This document shows, one piece after another, positions 37,965-48,070 of a stretch of DNA of 64,000 nucleotides. The stretch is taken from NCBI GenBank assembly GCA_963668175.1, contig OY764159.1, forward strand, positions 4,128,001-4,192,000, in the 5' to 3' direction. The DNA comes from Syntrophales bacterium. Lineage in GTDB: Bacteria > Desulfobacterota > Syntrophia > Syntrophales > PHBD01. The number at the start of each line of letters is the position of its first letter. The stretch's first letter is position 1. The position numbers were made by a program, and so were the translations under genes. The notes under the pieces are model-generated. The model was not told the origin of the DNA and ran no database searches. It saw only the letters and a program-made list of their open reading frames with translations.

Positions 37965-40900
37965 GATCATCTGTTCAAGCGCCATCGACGGCGGCATCGC
38001 CTGGATCGCCCGCGCGGAAGAATTCCTGGATCGGGCCGTCCGGCAAAAAGGAGAAGGGGCCGTCGTCGCCTTTCCGGACAGCGCCTACTTCCTTCCCGTC
38101 ATTTATTCCTTCACCGGCGAAAAGGTACGTACCTTAAGCGATCTGCGCAGGCTCCTGCGCTATGCAAAGACCCTGCTTCCTCCCCGGCCCACGGATCGCG
38201 TCTGGCTGCCGTACCTGGGAAACGCCCTCGATGCGGGCGTCGCCTCCCTCTTTGCCTGCGAAATCATCGAGGCCTGCAAGTACCTCATCGGCCCCAACCC
38301 GATAGACGGCATATGGCTGGGTGCGGCGAGCGATGTCATTATGCGCGAACGGGGCATTGAATTCGTCGACGGTACGGCACCCGGCTTTGCCGCCATTACC
38401 GGCGCCGCCCCCACGAACGAAATCGCCGTTTCGATAGCCCGTGCGCTCCAGGAGAAGAACCTTTATGTGTTCATGGCGGGCCCGTCGGGGGGGCGCCAGT
38501 TCGCCGAACAACTCGCGGAGGAAGGCGTTCAACTCGGCTGGGAAACGCGCCTTGTGCCTTTCGGCCGCGACGTCTCCGCCCTGATCTACGCCCTCGGCTT
38601 CGCGAACCGGGTGGCCCTTTCCTTCGGAGGAGTGCAGGCAGGAGATTTCGAACGCAATTTGAAGTACAACAAAAACCGCATATTCGCTTTTGTTCTGGCC
38701 TTCGGTGAAGTAACGCCGGACAAATACGCCCTGGCCGCCGGCGCCATCAACTACGGATTCCCGGTCATCGCCGATACGGACATCCCCCAAATCCTCCCCA
38801 CGGGCGTCTGCACATACGAGCACGTGGTTTCAAACGTCCCCTACGAAAGCATGGTGGAGAAGGCCCTTGAAGTCCGGGGATGTAAGATCAAGATCACCAA
38901 GGTGCCTATCCCTGTTCCCTACGGCTCCGCCTTCGAGGGCGAACGCATCCGCAAGAGCGACGTCCACGCCGAATTCGGCGGCGGCATGACGACGGCCTTC
39001 GAATTCGTCACCATGGCGGACATGGACGAGATTGCAGACAACACCATCGACATCATCGGTCCCGACATCGACGCCGTCGAGCCGGGAACCGTGCTGCCCC
39101 TCTGCATCTGGGTGGAAGTGGCCGGACGCAAAATGCAGTCCGATTTCGAACCGATCCTGGAGCGCCAGATCCACCACCTCGTCAACGGTGCAGAAGGGAT
39201 ATGGCATATGGGGCAGCGGGACATCGTCTGGACGCGTATCTCCAGGAGCGGATACGCCAAGGGCCTGCGCCTGAGACATTACGGAAACATCATTTACGCG
39301 AAATTCGTCTCGGATTATCCGGCCATCGTCGACAAGGTGAAGATCACCCTGATCACCGACGCAGCAGAGGTCGAAAGAAGAGTGACCCACGCCCGCAGGG
39401 TTTACGACGAACGCAACCGCCGCCTGGAATCGATGACGGACGAATCGGTGGACACTTTTTACTCGTGTCTGCTCTGCCAGTCCTTCGCCCCCAACCACGT
39501 CTGCATGATCACCCCGGAGCGCCTGGGGCTTTGCGGAGCCTACAACTGGCTCGACGGAAAGGCCGCCTACGAGATCAACGAAACGGGCGCCAATCAACCG
39601 GTCGCCAAAGGGACCTGCATCGATCCCGTCAAGGGCATCTGGGAAGGGGTCAACGATTATGTGCGTATGGCCAGCCACAAGGCGATCTCTTGCTATTCGG
39701 CCTATTCGATCATGGACAGGCCGATGACGAGCTGCGGCTGCTTCGAGGCCATCTGCGCCTACCTCCCCGAATGCAACGGCGTCATGGTCGTGAGCCGGGA
39801 ATTCAGCGGCGACACCCCGATCGGCATGACCTTCTCCACGCTGGCGGGCAGCGTCGGCGGGGGCCATCAGACGCCCGGATTCATCGGCGTCGGCAAGGTG
39901 TTTCTCACGTCGAGAAAATTCCTCTACGCCGAAGGCGGACACCGGCGGCTCGTCTGGATGCCGAAGGCCCTCAAGGAAGCCCTGGCCTACGATCTCAAAA
40001 AACGGTTTGAAGAACAGGGATGTCCCGATCTCTGGGACAAGATCGCCGATGAAACAGTGGCCATCGACGCCCATCAGGTAAGGGCGTTCATGGACCGGGT
40101 CCAACATCCTGCCCTGGCCATGGCCGATATGCAGTCTCTTGCGGAAGAATCTCCCCGTGCTGCAACGGCGGCGCCGACGATCGCCGACACCGTCCCGGCA
40201 CCCGACAAGAAGGCGGGAGAAGTCGGCGCCGGCTCTGTGAAGCCTGACGACATCGTCCGGATGAAAGAAGAAATAACTGCCGACATCCTGAGCAAGCTGA
40301 AGTCCTCCCTCGCGGGCGAGATCATGGCGGGCGTAATGGCGGCGCTGGGTTCGAAGCCCCGGGATGAAAGCGAGAAAATAGCCCCAGCCGCTCCTGCATC
40401 GGATGTACCTTCACGGGAACATTTTTATGTATCGGCGGTGAATCGTATCGACGCCGTGACGGCATTTCCGGTACGCCGCGAGACATACGGAACGGCGATT
40501 CAGGAGGTCACGCTCGGTGCCGCTCCGGAATCCGGCGGTACCAGGGCAAAGACGGTCACGGTGGGAGGCTCGACATGCATGCCCTTCCACTTCTGGGAAG
40601 GCCGAATGCCGCATCGCCCGGTCATCGCGATGGAGGTCTTCGACAGGATCAGCGAAAAATACCCTCCTGTTCTCAGGGAATGTTACGGCGGTCTCCTCAA
40701 CGATCCTCCGGCCATGGCGCGGGCCTGCGTGGAGAAATACGGTGCCGATCTCATCAGCGTCCGCCTCGACGGCACACACCCCGACCGCGGCAATTATTCA
40801 CCCGAAAAGGCCGTGGAACTGGTGAAAGCGGTTCTCGGCGCCGTGGATGTGCCGCTCATCGTCACCGGACACAGCCACTACGACCGCAACAACGAAGTCA

Positions 40901-41433
40901 TGAAGGCCGTCGCCCAGACCTGTGCCGGAGAGGGTCTTCTCCTCAACTGGCTGGAGCAGGACAACTACCGGACCATAGCGGGGGCGGCTATCGCCTACGG
41001 ACATGCCGTCGTCGCCCAGAGCCCCATCGACGTGAATATCGGCAAGCAGTTGAACATCCTCCTCACGGGCATGGATATGCAGCCCGGCCGGATCGTCATG
41101 GACCCGATGACCGGCGCCGTCGGATACGGCATCGAATACACGTATTCCGTCATGGAAAGGATCAGGCTCACGGCTCTCGGCGGCGACCCGATGCTCGCCT
41201 GCCCGCTGATCGTCTCTCCCGGGCAGGAATGTGCCAAGATCAAGGAATCGAGGGCGTCGGAAGCCGATTTCCCGGCCTGGGGGAATCTGGCCAAACGCGC
41301 GGCGGTTTGGGAATTGGCGACGGCGCTGGGCCTTCTCTACGCAGGTGCCGATATCCTGATCATGTATAACCCTGAAGCGGCCGGAGCTCTGAAGCGGACG
41401 ATCATGCGGTTGATGGAAGGCGGCGGCCAATAA
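37957..41433 (+). CDS. acsB: Acetyl-CoA synthase (AcsB) fused to the corrinoid Fe-S protein small subunit (AcsD), 1158 aa
   Basis: GGAGG RBS and ATG 37957. AcsB motifs CLLCQSFAPNHVC, GLCGA, TSCGCFE end at HPAL (~40115). After a linker come AcsD motifs IQEVTLG..GGTR..VTVGG, IAMEVFD, SPIDVNIGKQLN, MDPMTG..GYGIEYTYSVMERIR. No internal stop. Confidence 0.9.
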   Translation: MSKIICSSAIDGGIAWIARAEEFLDRAVRQKGEGAVVAFPDSAYFLPVIYSFTGEKVRTLSDLRRLLRYAKTLLPPRPTDRVWLPYLGNALDAGVASLFACEIIEACKYLIGPNPIDGIWLGAASDVIMRERGIEFVDGTAPGFAAITGAAPTNEIAVSIARALQEKNLYVFMAGPSGGRQFAEQLAEEGVQLGWETRLVPFGRDVSALIYALGFANRVALSFGGVQAGDFERNLKYNKNRIFAFVLAFGEVTPDKYALAAGAINYGFPVIADTDIPQILPTGVCTYEHVVSNVPYESMVEKALEVRGCKIKITKVPIPVPYGSAFEGERIRKSDVHAEFGGGMTTAFEFVTMADMDEIADNTIDIIGPDIDAVEPGTVLPLCIWVEVAGRKMQSDFEPILERQIHHLVNGAEGIWHMGQRDIVWTRISRSGYAKGLRLRHYGNIIYAKFVSDYPAIVDKVKITLITDAAEVERRVTHARRVYDERNRRLESMTDESVDTFYSCLLCQSFAPNHVCMITPERLGLCGAYNWLDGKAAYEINETGANQPVAKGTCIDPVKGIWEGVNDYVRMASHKAISCYSAYSIMDRPMTSCGCFEAICAYLPECNGVMVVSREFSGDTPIGMTFSTLAGSVGGGHQTPGFIGVGKVFLTSRKFLYAEGGHRRLVWMPKALKEALAYDLKKRFEEQGCPDLWDKIADETVAIDAHQVRAFMDRVQHPALAMADMQSLAEESPRAATAAPTIADTVPAPDKKAGEVGAGSVKPDDIVRMKEEITADILSKLKSSLAGEIMAGVMAALGSKPRDESEKIAPAAPASDVPSREHFYVSAVNRIDAVTAFPVRRETYGTAIQEVTLGAAPESGGTRAKTVTVGGSTCMPFHFWEGRMPHRPVIAMEVFDRISEKYPPVLRECYGGLLNDPPAMARACVEKYGADLISVRLDGTHPDRGNYSPEKAVELVKAVLGAVDVPLIVTGHSHYDRNNEVMKAVAQTCAGEGLLLNWLEQDNYRTIAGAAIAYGHAVVAQSPIDVNIGKQLNILLTGMDMQPGRIVMDPMTGAVGYGIEYTYSVMERIRLTALGGDPMLACPLIVSPGQECAKIKESRASEADFPAWGNLAKRAAVWELATALGLLYAGADILIMYNPEAAGALKRTIMRLMEGGGQ

Positions 41434-41506
41434 CGGATCAGATCTATATTCCGGGACCTTGCTTTAGCAGAAAGGTACTGTATACGATGACAGCAGGACG
41501 TTTTTA

Positions 41507-42853
41507 ATGGCATTGACAGGACTTCAGATACAGAAACTTCTTCCCAAGACCAACTGCCGGGAGTGCGGCTCCAATACGTGCATGGCGTTCGCCATGAGGC
41601 TTGCCGCCAGGAAGGCCGACCTCTCCCTCTGTCCGTATGCATCCGACGAGGCGAAGGCCATTCTGGGCGCCGCGGCCGAGCCGCCGGTGCGGGAGATCGG
41701 CTTGGGCGTCGACGGCGCCCTGCGGACAGGCGGCGAAACGGTCCTGTACCGGCATGAAAAAACCTTCGTCCACCGGACCATCTTCGCCGTCAATATCGAC
41801 GACACGACAAACGATGAACAGATTGACGCCACGCTGAAAGCCTTGAAGGGATACGCCCTCGATAGAGTGGGCGAAACCTTCAAGCTTGATATGATTTCCC
41901 TGACCCAAGCAGCGAAGGATGCCCCGGCCTTCATCGAACTCGCCCGCCGCGCCGCCGCCGTGACGGAACTGCCGCTCGTGATCCGCAGCAAGGACCCGCA
42001 TCTCCTTGCCGAAGTCTCGGCGGCGTTAAAGGGAACTACCTGCGTCCTCTCCGCTGCAACGCCTGACACCGCCGCCATACTCGGGACGTCGGCCAAGGAA
42101 AACGGCCATGTCCTTGCCGTCACGGCTTCCGATATCAATGCGATGACGGCCTGTGTAAAGAACCTCAGGGATACGGGCCATACCGATCTGCTTCTCCAGT
42201 TTCAATCCTCCAACGTGGCCGAACAGTTCCAGACCAACACGGTCGTGCGAAGGGCAGCCCTCATGGACGGTGTCAAACCGATGGGCTATCCCTTCCTTCG
42301 CTTCATCGACCCTGCCGGAGATACCCTCGATATCGCCGCCGAAACGGCAACGGAAATCCTGAAATACGGAGGCATTTGCGTTCTGCCATCCTTCGATCCG
42401 GCCATAATCGCCGCCTTCATGACATTGAGGCTCAATATCTTCACCGATCCTCAGAAACCGATCCAGGTGGAGCCCAAGATATACGCCATCGGCGAGCCGG
42501 ATACCGAATCGCCCGTCTTCGTAACGACCAACTTCGCCCTCACCTATTTCATCGTCTCCGGCGAACTTGAGAACTGCGGCATCGGAAGCTGGCTTGCCGT
42601 CCCGGACTGCGACGGCATGAGCGTTCTTACGGCCTGGGCGGCAGGAAAATTTTCCGGCGCAACCGTGGCCAAGTTCATCAAGGAATCGGGACTGGAAGAC
42701 AGCGTTAAAACCAGGACCGTCACCATACCGGGCTATGTGTCGGTCATCAGCGGAGAGATCGAAGAAAACCTCCCGGGCTGGAAGGTCCTCATCGGCCCGC
42801 CGGATGCATCCGACCTGGACGGCTATGTCAAAGTGATGCTCGGTAAACCCTAA
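41507..42853 (+). CDS. acsC: Corrinoid iron-sulfur protein large subunit
   Basis: LPKTNCRECGSNTCMAFA...CP, GGETVLYRHEK, TDPQKP, TTNFALTY, SVLTAWAAGKF. Confidence 0.94.
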   Translation: MALTGLQIQKLLPKTNCRECGSNTCMAFAMRLAARKADLSLCPYASDEAKAILGAAAEPPVREIGLGVDGALRTGGETVLYRHEKTFVHRTIFAVNIDDTTNDEQIDATLKALKGYALDRVGETFKLDMISLTQAAKDAPAFIELARRAAAVTELPLVIRSKDPHLLAEVSAALKGTTCVLSAATPDTAAILGTSAKENGHVLAVTASDINAMTACVKNLRDTGHTDLLLQFQSSNVAEQFQTNTVVRRAALMDGVKPMGYPFLRFIDPAGDTLDIAAETATEILKYGGICVLPSFDPAIIAAFMTLRLNIFTDPQKPIQVEPKIYAIGEPDTESPVFVTTNFALTYFIVSGELENCGIGSWLAVPDCDGMSVLTAWAAGKFSGATVAKFIKESGLEDSVKTRTVTIPGYVSVISGEIEENLPGWKVLIGPPDASDLDGYVKVMLGKP

Positions 42854-42868
42854 CCCGGACTTTACAGC

Positions 42869-44764
42869 ATGCCGCGGATAACCTTTCATCCTCTTGGAGC
42901 GACCGTCGAGGCGCCATCCGGCCTGGAATTGCGCGATGCCGCAAAACGGGCGGGCATCGAGTTGGACTTTCCCTGCGGCGGCCAGGGGACATGCGGCCGG
43001 TGCGCTGCGCGCGTCCTATCCGGCCGTCTAGACGTCATAGAGACAGCCATCTCGGCCGACACCGTTCCTGATGAAGGATCTATCCTCGCCTGCCGGGCAA
43101 AGATCGGCGATGAAGACGCCGTTGTCGAAGTACGCGAGCAGCCGGATTTGTCAGCCGGTCAGTTCATCGACGAAGAGGAAGAAGCCTCGTTCATACCGCC
43201 TGGATGGCAGGAGCAACCCACCGACCAGGGAGCCCTCGTCTCGACTTATCTCATTGATGTGCCTCCACCGCAGGAGGGAGAAGGCGCCTCGGACTTGGAG
43301 CGTTTGTATACGTCTCTGCGGCGAAATCCGGAGGAGCCTGCCTTCGATTACAGCCTGCATGCGCTGCGCGAGCTGGCGGGCGCCCTTCGCTGCCGAAACG
43401 GGAAGGCGATGGCTGCGGCCGGGCGCTTCGGTGAGCGCCGGCGCCTCGTCCATCTGGAAGCGGGCGGCGACCTCCGTTCTCTTTACGGCATCGCCGTGGA
43501 CCTTGGCACGACCACGGTGGCCGTCAACCTGGTTTCTATTCCCGAAAACCGCATCATCGCGTCACGGACGGAATACAACGGCCAGGTCGTCTGCGGCCTC
43601 GACATCATCAGCCGGATCAATTACGCCGGTCGACCGGAAAGACTGGAAGAACTGCGCCTGAGAGCCCTCAAGACGATCAACGGCTTGATCGGGCAACTAG
43701 CCGCTGCCGTCGCACCGGCCCGGAATCGGATATACGGCTGCGCCCTTTCCGGCAACACGACAATGATCCATCTCTTGCTGGGCATGAATCCCGAGTATAT
43801 CCGTCTTGCCCCCTACACGCCGACCGTTCTGGACGTGCCGCCGCTTCGGGCAGGCGATATCGGCCTCGACATCCACCCGGAAGGCCCCGTCTTCATATCC
43901 CCGGCCGTCGGCAGTTACGTCGGCGGCGATATCACCGCCGGTCTTCTCTGCACAGGCTCCGCCTTCACGAGCGACGAGATATGCCTTTTTATGGATATCG
44001 GCACCAACGGCGAAATCGTCTTGGGAAACGGCGATTTCCTCATGGCCTGCGCCTGTTCCGCAGGGCCGGCATTCGAAGGCGGCGGCATCGGAAACGGCAT
44101 GAGGGCCGCCGGCGGGGCCATCGACCGGGTGCAGATCGATCGGGAAACGGGGCAGGCGACTTATCGCACCATCGGTGATTTGCCCCCGCGCGGCATCTGC
44201 GGCTCCGGAATGCTGTCACTCCTGGCCGGCCTTTTCACGGGAGGATGGCTCGATGCGTCCGGTCGTTTCAAACGGCCGAGTTCTTCATCTTTTATCGACT
44301 TCAAAGGCAGACTGGGGATTTATACCGTTGTTCCCTGGGAGAAGAACGCGATCACCGTGACGGAGCGGGACATCGAAAATCTCATCCGCGCCAAGGCGGC
44401 GCTATATGCGGCCTGCGGCCTGCTCACGAAACAGGCGGGGATCGGATTTCAGAACATAGCAAAGGTATTCATCGCCGGCGGATTCGGGAGGTACCTGGAC
44501 ATTGAAGACGCCGTTACGATAGGATTGTTGCCGGATATCCCCCGGGACCGCTTCCATTACCTGGGGAATGCGTCGCTTAAGGGCAGCACGATGATCCTGC
44601 TTTCGGAAGAACACCGGAGGCTGCAACAGGGGTTCGTGAAACGCATGACCTATGTGGAACTCAACACGGACTCCGAATACATGGATCAATACACGGGGGC
44701 TCTTTTTCTGCCCCACACGGACCGCCGCCAGTTCCCTTCGCTGAAAAACCGGCTGGCGGATTGA
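42869..44764 (+). CDS. acsV: ATP-dependent reductive activator of corrinoid proteins (RACo/AcsV; 2Fe-2S + ASKHA)
   Basis: CGGQGTCGRC...LAC, DLGTTT, GNTTM, YVGGD, DIGTNGE, AGPAFEG, GICGSG, AGGFG, GNAS. Confidence 0.9.
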   Translation: MPRITFHPLGATVEAPSGLELRDAAKRAGIELDFPCGGQGTCGRCAARVLSGRLDVIETAISADTVPDEGSILACRAKIGDEDAVVEVREQPDLSAGQFIDEEEEASFIPPGWQEQPTDQGALVSTYLIDVPPPQEGEGASDLERLYTSLRRNPEEPAFDYSLHALRELAGALRCRNGKAMAAAGRFGERRRLVHLEAGGDLRSLYGIAVDLGTTTVAVNLVSIPENRIIASRTEYNGQVVCGLDIISRINYAGRPERLEELRLRALKTINGLIGQLAAAVAPARNRIYGCALSGNTTMIHLLLGMNPEYIRLAPYTPTVLDVPPLRAGDIGLDIHPEGPVFISPAVGSYVGGDITAGLLCTGSAFTSDEICLFMDIGTNGEIVLGNGDFLMACACSAGPAFEGGGIGNGMRAAGGAIDRVQIDRETGQATYRTIGDLPPRGICGSGMLSLLAGLFTGGWLDASGRFKRPSSSSFIDFKGRLGIYTVVPWEKNAITVTERDIENLIRAKAALYAACGLLTKQAGIGFQNIAKVFIAGGFGRYLDIEDAVTIGLLPDIPRDRFHYLGNASLKGSTMILLSEEHRRLQQGFVKRMTYVELNTDSEYMDQYTGALFLPHTDRRQFPSLKNRLAD

Positions 44765-44769
44765 CGGCC

Positions 44770-46134
44770 TCAATGCTTCAGGCCGTATTTCTTCAGCTTG
44801 TAGCGAAGCATCCTTTCGCTGATGCCGAGAAGTTCCGCGGCCTTGGTCTGGTGGTATCCCGTCTTTTCCATGGCCTCGACGATCAGCCGCTTCTCCAGGT
44901 CTTCGATGGACTCCTTGAGCATCCCTTCTTCCTTTCTGCCCGATTCTCCGTGATCGAACGCATCTTCGCCGAAAGGCAGATCCTCGATGGAAATTACCGA
45001 CTCACGGGCAATCACGACGGCCCGTTCGATGATGTTTTCCAATTCGCGGACATTGCCCGGATAATCGTATTTCAACAGGAGATCCTGGGCCTCGCGGCTG
45101 AAACCTGCTATGTCCTTGCCGTTGTCCGCCGCATAGCGTTTGATGAAATGATCGATAAGCACCGGGATGTCCTCTTTCCTCTCCCGCAGCGGCGGCATGG
45201 CCATAACGACCACATTCAGCCGGTAGAAGAGGTCTTCGCGGAAATCGCCGGCCTTGACCCTCGCTTCCAGATCGCGATTGGTGGCGCTGATGATGCGCAC
45301 GTCGGAGCGGATGGTTTGGTTGCCGCCCACCCGCTGAAACTCACGTTCCTGCAAAAAGCGAAGGAGTTTGACCTGGACCGATTGCGATAATTCGCCGATT
45401 TCGTCGAGGAAAAGGGTCCCGCCGTCGGCCTCTTCAAAACGGCCGATGCGCCGTGCCGTGGCCCCGGTAAAGGACCCTTTCTCATGACCGAAGAGTTCGC
45501 TCTCCAGAAGATTTTCATGCAAGGCGCTGCAGTTGACGGAGATGATGGGCCGCTGCGACCGCGGGCTCAAATGATGGATGAGCTTCGCCATCAGTTCCTT
45601 GCCCGTACCGCTTTCCCCCTGGATGAGTATCGTCGCCCGGCTGGCGGCGACACGTCCGGCCATGTTGATCAGGGCGCTCATTTTCGGACTCCGGAAAATG
45701 ATCTGATCGGTCGTCACTCCTTTTTCCCTGAGTTCCTGTCGAAGCAGTTCATTCTCCCTGATCAGGGTGCGCCGCTCAGATACGCGATCCACCAACAATA
45801 GCAGTTCGTCGAATTCGATGGGCTTGGTAATATAGTCTATGGCTCCTGATTTCATGGCTTCGACAGCCGTCTCGATCGTTCCGAAAGCTGTAATGATCAC
45901 GACGTCGATCTCGGCATTGATCCCCTTGACCGCCTTGAGGACATCCATACCGCTCAGGCCCGGCATCTTGTAGTCGAGCAGGATCAAATCGTAATGGCCG
46001 CTCCGGACCAGTTGCACGCCCTTTTCGCCGTTTTCAGCCTCGGAAACCGAGTGGCCCTCCTTGATAAGGAAATCTCTTAACATTTCCCGCTGGGACTGCC
46101 CGTCTTCCACAATCAGGATGTTCAATTTTTTCAT
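44770..46134 (-). CDS. Sigma54-dependent response regulator (NtrC/AtoC/ZraR family)
   Basis: REC domain; GESGTGKE, ESELFGHEKGSFTGA, FLDEIGE, FREDLFYRLNV, PGNVREL; Fis-type HTH. Confidence 0.95.
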   Translation of the reverse strand: MKKLNILIVEDGQSQREMLRDFLIKEGHSVSEAENGEKGVQLVRSGHYDLILLDYKMPGLSGMDVLKAVKGINAEIDVVIITAFGTIETAVEAMKSGAIDYITKPIEFDELLLLVDRVSERRTLIRENELLRQELREKGVTTDQIIFRSPKMSALINMAGRVAASRATILIQGESGTGKELMAKLIHHLSPRSQRPIISVNCSALHENLLESELFGHEKGSFTGATARRIGRFEEADGGTLFLDEIGELSQSVQVKLLRFLQEREFQRVGGNQTIRSDVRIISATNRDLEARVKAGDFREDLFYRLNVVVMAMPPLRERKEDIPVLIDHFIKRYAADNGKDIAGFSREAQDLLLKYDYPGNVRELENIIERAVVIARESVISIEDLPFGEDAFDHGESGRKEEGMLKESIEDLEKRLIVEAMEKTGYHQTKAAELLGISERMLRYKLKKYGLKH

Positions 46135-47924
46135 GTCTGGATACCTTCTTTATTCGCCCGGTCGTTGATATGAATGGTCGGTAAAATGATCTCAAAAGTC
46201 GTGCCGGCGTTCTTGCGGCTGATGACATGTATTTCGCCGCCATGACCGCGGATGATTTCATGGGAAAGAGGCAATCCGAGGCCCAACCCTTTCTCCTTCG
46301 TCGTATACTCGGGATTGAAAATCTGATCCACTTCCTCCGTCGTCATCCCGCAGCCGTTGTCCGATATGCGGATGCTGACCCGGTCTTTGCTTATCTTTTC
46401 CACGGCGATGCGGATGTTGCCTCCGCCGGAGATGGACTCCATGGCGTTCTTGATGAAATTCAAGAGCGCCTGCTGGAGCTTGTCCACATCCATGGGTATA
46501 TTTAGATTGCCGTTCGACCACTCCGTCTTGACCGCAATGCCCTTCTCTTCCGCCTCGGCCTGTATGAGATTGACGATTTTCTGCAGGACCTCCGTGACGG
46601 GATAATCATGGAGTTCCAGGCGGCGGCTTTTGGAAAAGGTCAGGAACTCTTCAATAATTCCGTTCAGACGTCTGATCTCGTCCCGGATGACGCCGGTCAT
46701 GGTCTGAAACTCGGCAACCTGATTCTCGTCCGCCGGCATGAATTCCCTTTTCAACCGCTGGCTGGCCATGCTGATGGCATTTAAAGGATTGCGAATTTCG
46801 TGGGCGACTCCGGCGGCGAGTTTTCCCAGGGCCGACAGCCTTTCCGCCTTCTCCAGGCGGCGCTCTATGTCAACGATTCTAAGCAGGTGCTTATTCTGGT
46901 TCTGGTACAGGAACCACATGGACAACATCGTGATGATCACGACGAGCCCCATGAAGATGAACATGTTTCTCCTGTTCTCTTCCAGGATCTTCTCCGTACC
47001 GCCCCAGTCGATACCCAGCCTCGTAATCCCCACCACTTTACCGCCGAGCGAAAAAGGTACAGCCATATCGAGGAGCTGCTTCCCCAGGTACATAACCTTT
47101 CGGCTCTCCAGCTTTTTCGCACCGGACAGGATTTCCGCCGTATGCATCTCGCCTGGTTTCCAATTTTCCGGAAGGGTTCCGGTGCTGCCCAGCACTTTTC
47201 CCTTGGTATCCATAATTTTAATATAGACGAATCCCTGGCCTTGGCCGAGTTCGCGAATGGCTTTTTCCACGGATACTTTCAATCCCCAGTATTTCAATCC
47301 GTCACGGTCCAGCGCAATGATGATGGTGCCGCTGCCGTCCTTGCGTCTCAAGGCGACAAAACCCAGTTTTTTCACCAGGCTCAACTGGTTCAGGAGCGGC
47401 AACGTTACGGTTTCCTGCCTGGGAATGGAGGCCGCTTCGCCGGTGAACATGTCGGCCGGCAGCGGCCGGCTCTGGAATATGGTGCGGCCGTGCCGGTTCA
47501 GAACGGCGATGAGCCACAGGTCCTTTTCTTCGGCATATTTTCTCAATTCGCTTTTACTTAAATGATCTTCCTTCCATTTCTTATCGACATCCTTGGCCAA
47601 TTCGCCCAGGGCAGCGATGAGCGCCTTCTCCGGCGAGAACGGTTCGATGGTATAGGGCACAAAGGTCCCTTCCGTTCCTTTTTTAGGGGCATGGACAATG
47701 GCGTTCAAGTTTTCCTGCGAAAGGCGCTGTACGACATCGGCCAGACTTGTTCCCCGGCTTTCTATGAAATCCCCCAGGATTTTCTCGATCCGCTGCACGT
47801 CGATGAGACCCATGATAAGGATGAGCCCGATGAAAACGACGGAAACCGTCGCCACGGCGAGAGGCTGTAAAAAAGATCTGCCATAACGGGCGACAAGGCT
47901 CTGCCGCCATATTTTATCTTCCAT
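46131..47924 (-). CDS. Membrane sensor histidine kinase
   Basis: Two TM segments around a large extracytoplasmic region; AHEIRNPL, NFIKNA, DNGCG, GLGLGL; 4-nt overlap with the response regulator. Confidence 0.93.
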   Translation of the reverse strand: MEDKIWRQSLVARYGRSFLQPLAVATVSVVFIGLILIMGLIDVQRIEKILGDFIESRGTSLADVVQRLSQENLNAIVHAPKKGTEGTFVPYTIEPFSPEKALIAALGELAKDVDKKWKEDHLSKSELRKYAEEKDLWLIAVLNRHGRTIFQSRPLPADMFTGEAASIPRQETVTLPLLNQLSLVKKLGFVALRRKDGSGTIIIALDRDGLKYWGLKVSVEKAIRELGQGQGFVYIKIMDTKGKVLGSTGTLPENWKPGEMHTAEILSGAKKLESRKVMYLGKQLLDMAVPFSLGGKVVGITRLGIDWGGTEKILEENRRNMFIFMGLVVIITMLSMWFLYQNQNKHLLRIVDIERRLEKAERLSALGKLAAGVAHEIRNPLNAISMASQRLKREFMPADENQVAEFQTMTGVIRDEIRRLNGIIEEFLTFSKSRRLELHDYPVTEVLQKIVNLIQAEAEEKGIAVKTEWSNGNLNIPMDVDKLQQALLNFIKNAMESISGGGNIRIAVEKISKDRVSIRISDNGCGMTTEEVDQIFNPEYTTKEKGLGLGLPLSHEIIRGHGGEIHVISRKNAGTTFEIILPTIHINDRANKEGIQT

Positions 47925-48054
47925 GATATTTTACCTTTTGATTTATAAGGGACCGGTTGTTCGGTCAAAATAACCGTCAACCGGCGCAATCATATGCCAT
48001 TGGAGATGGAAGTCAATGTTTACTTTCAAGCACAATCCGGATGTTTTATGCTGT

Positions 48055-48070
48055 TCGACAAATATGTCGA
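48055..48070. promoter_or_regulatory. Palindrome, candidate upstream activator site for the sigma54 promoter
   Basis: TCGACA-AATA-TGTCGA, about 200 bp upstream of the predicted start; a related half-site CCGACA lies at 48143-48148. Confidence 0.4.
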
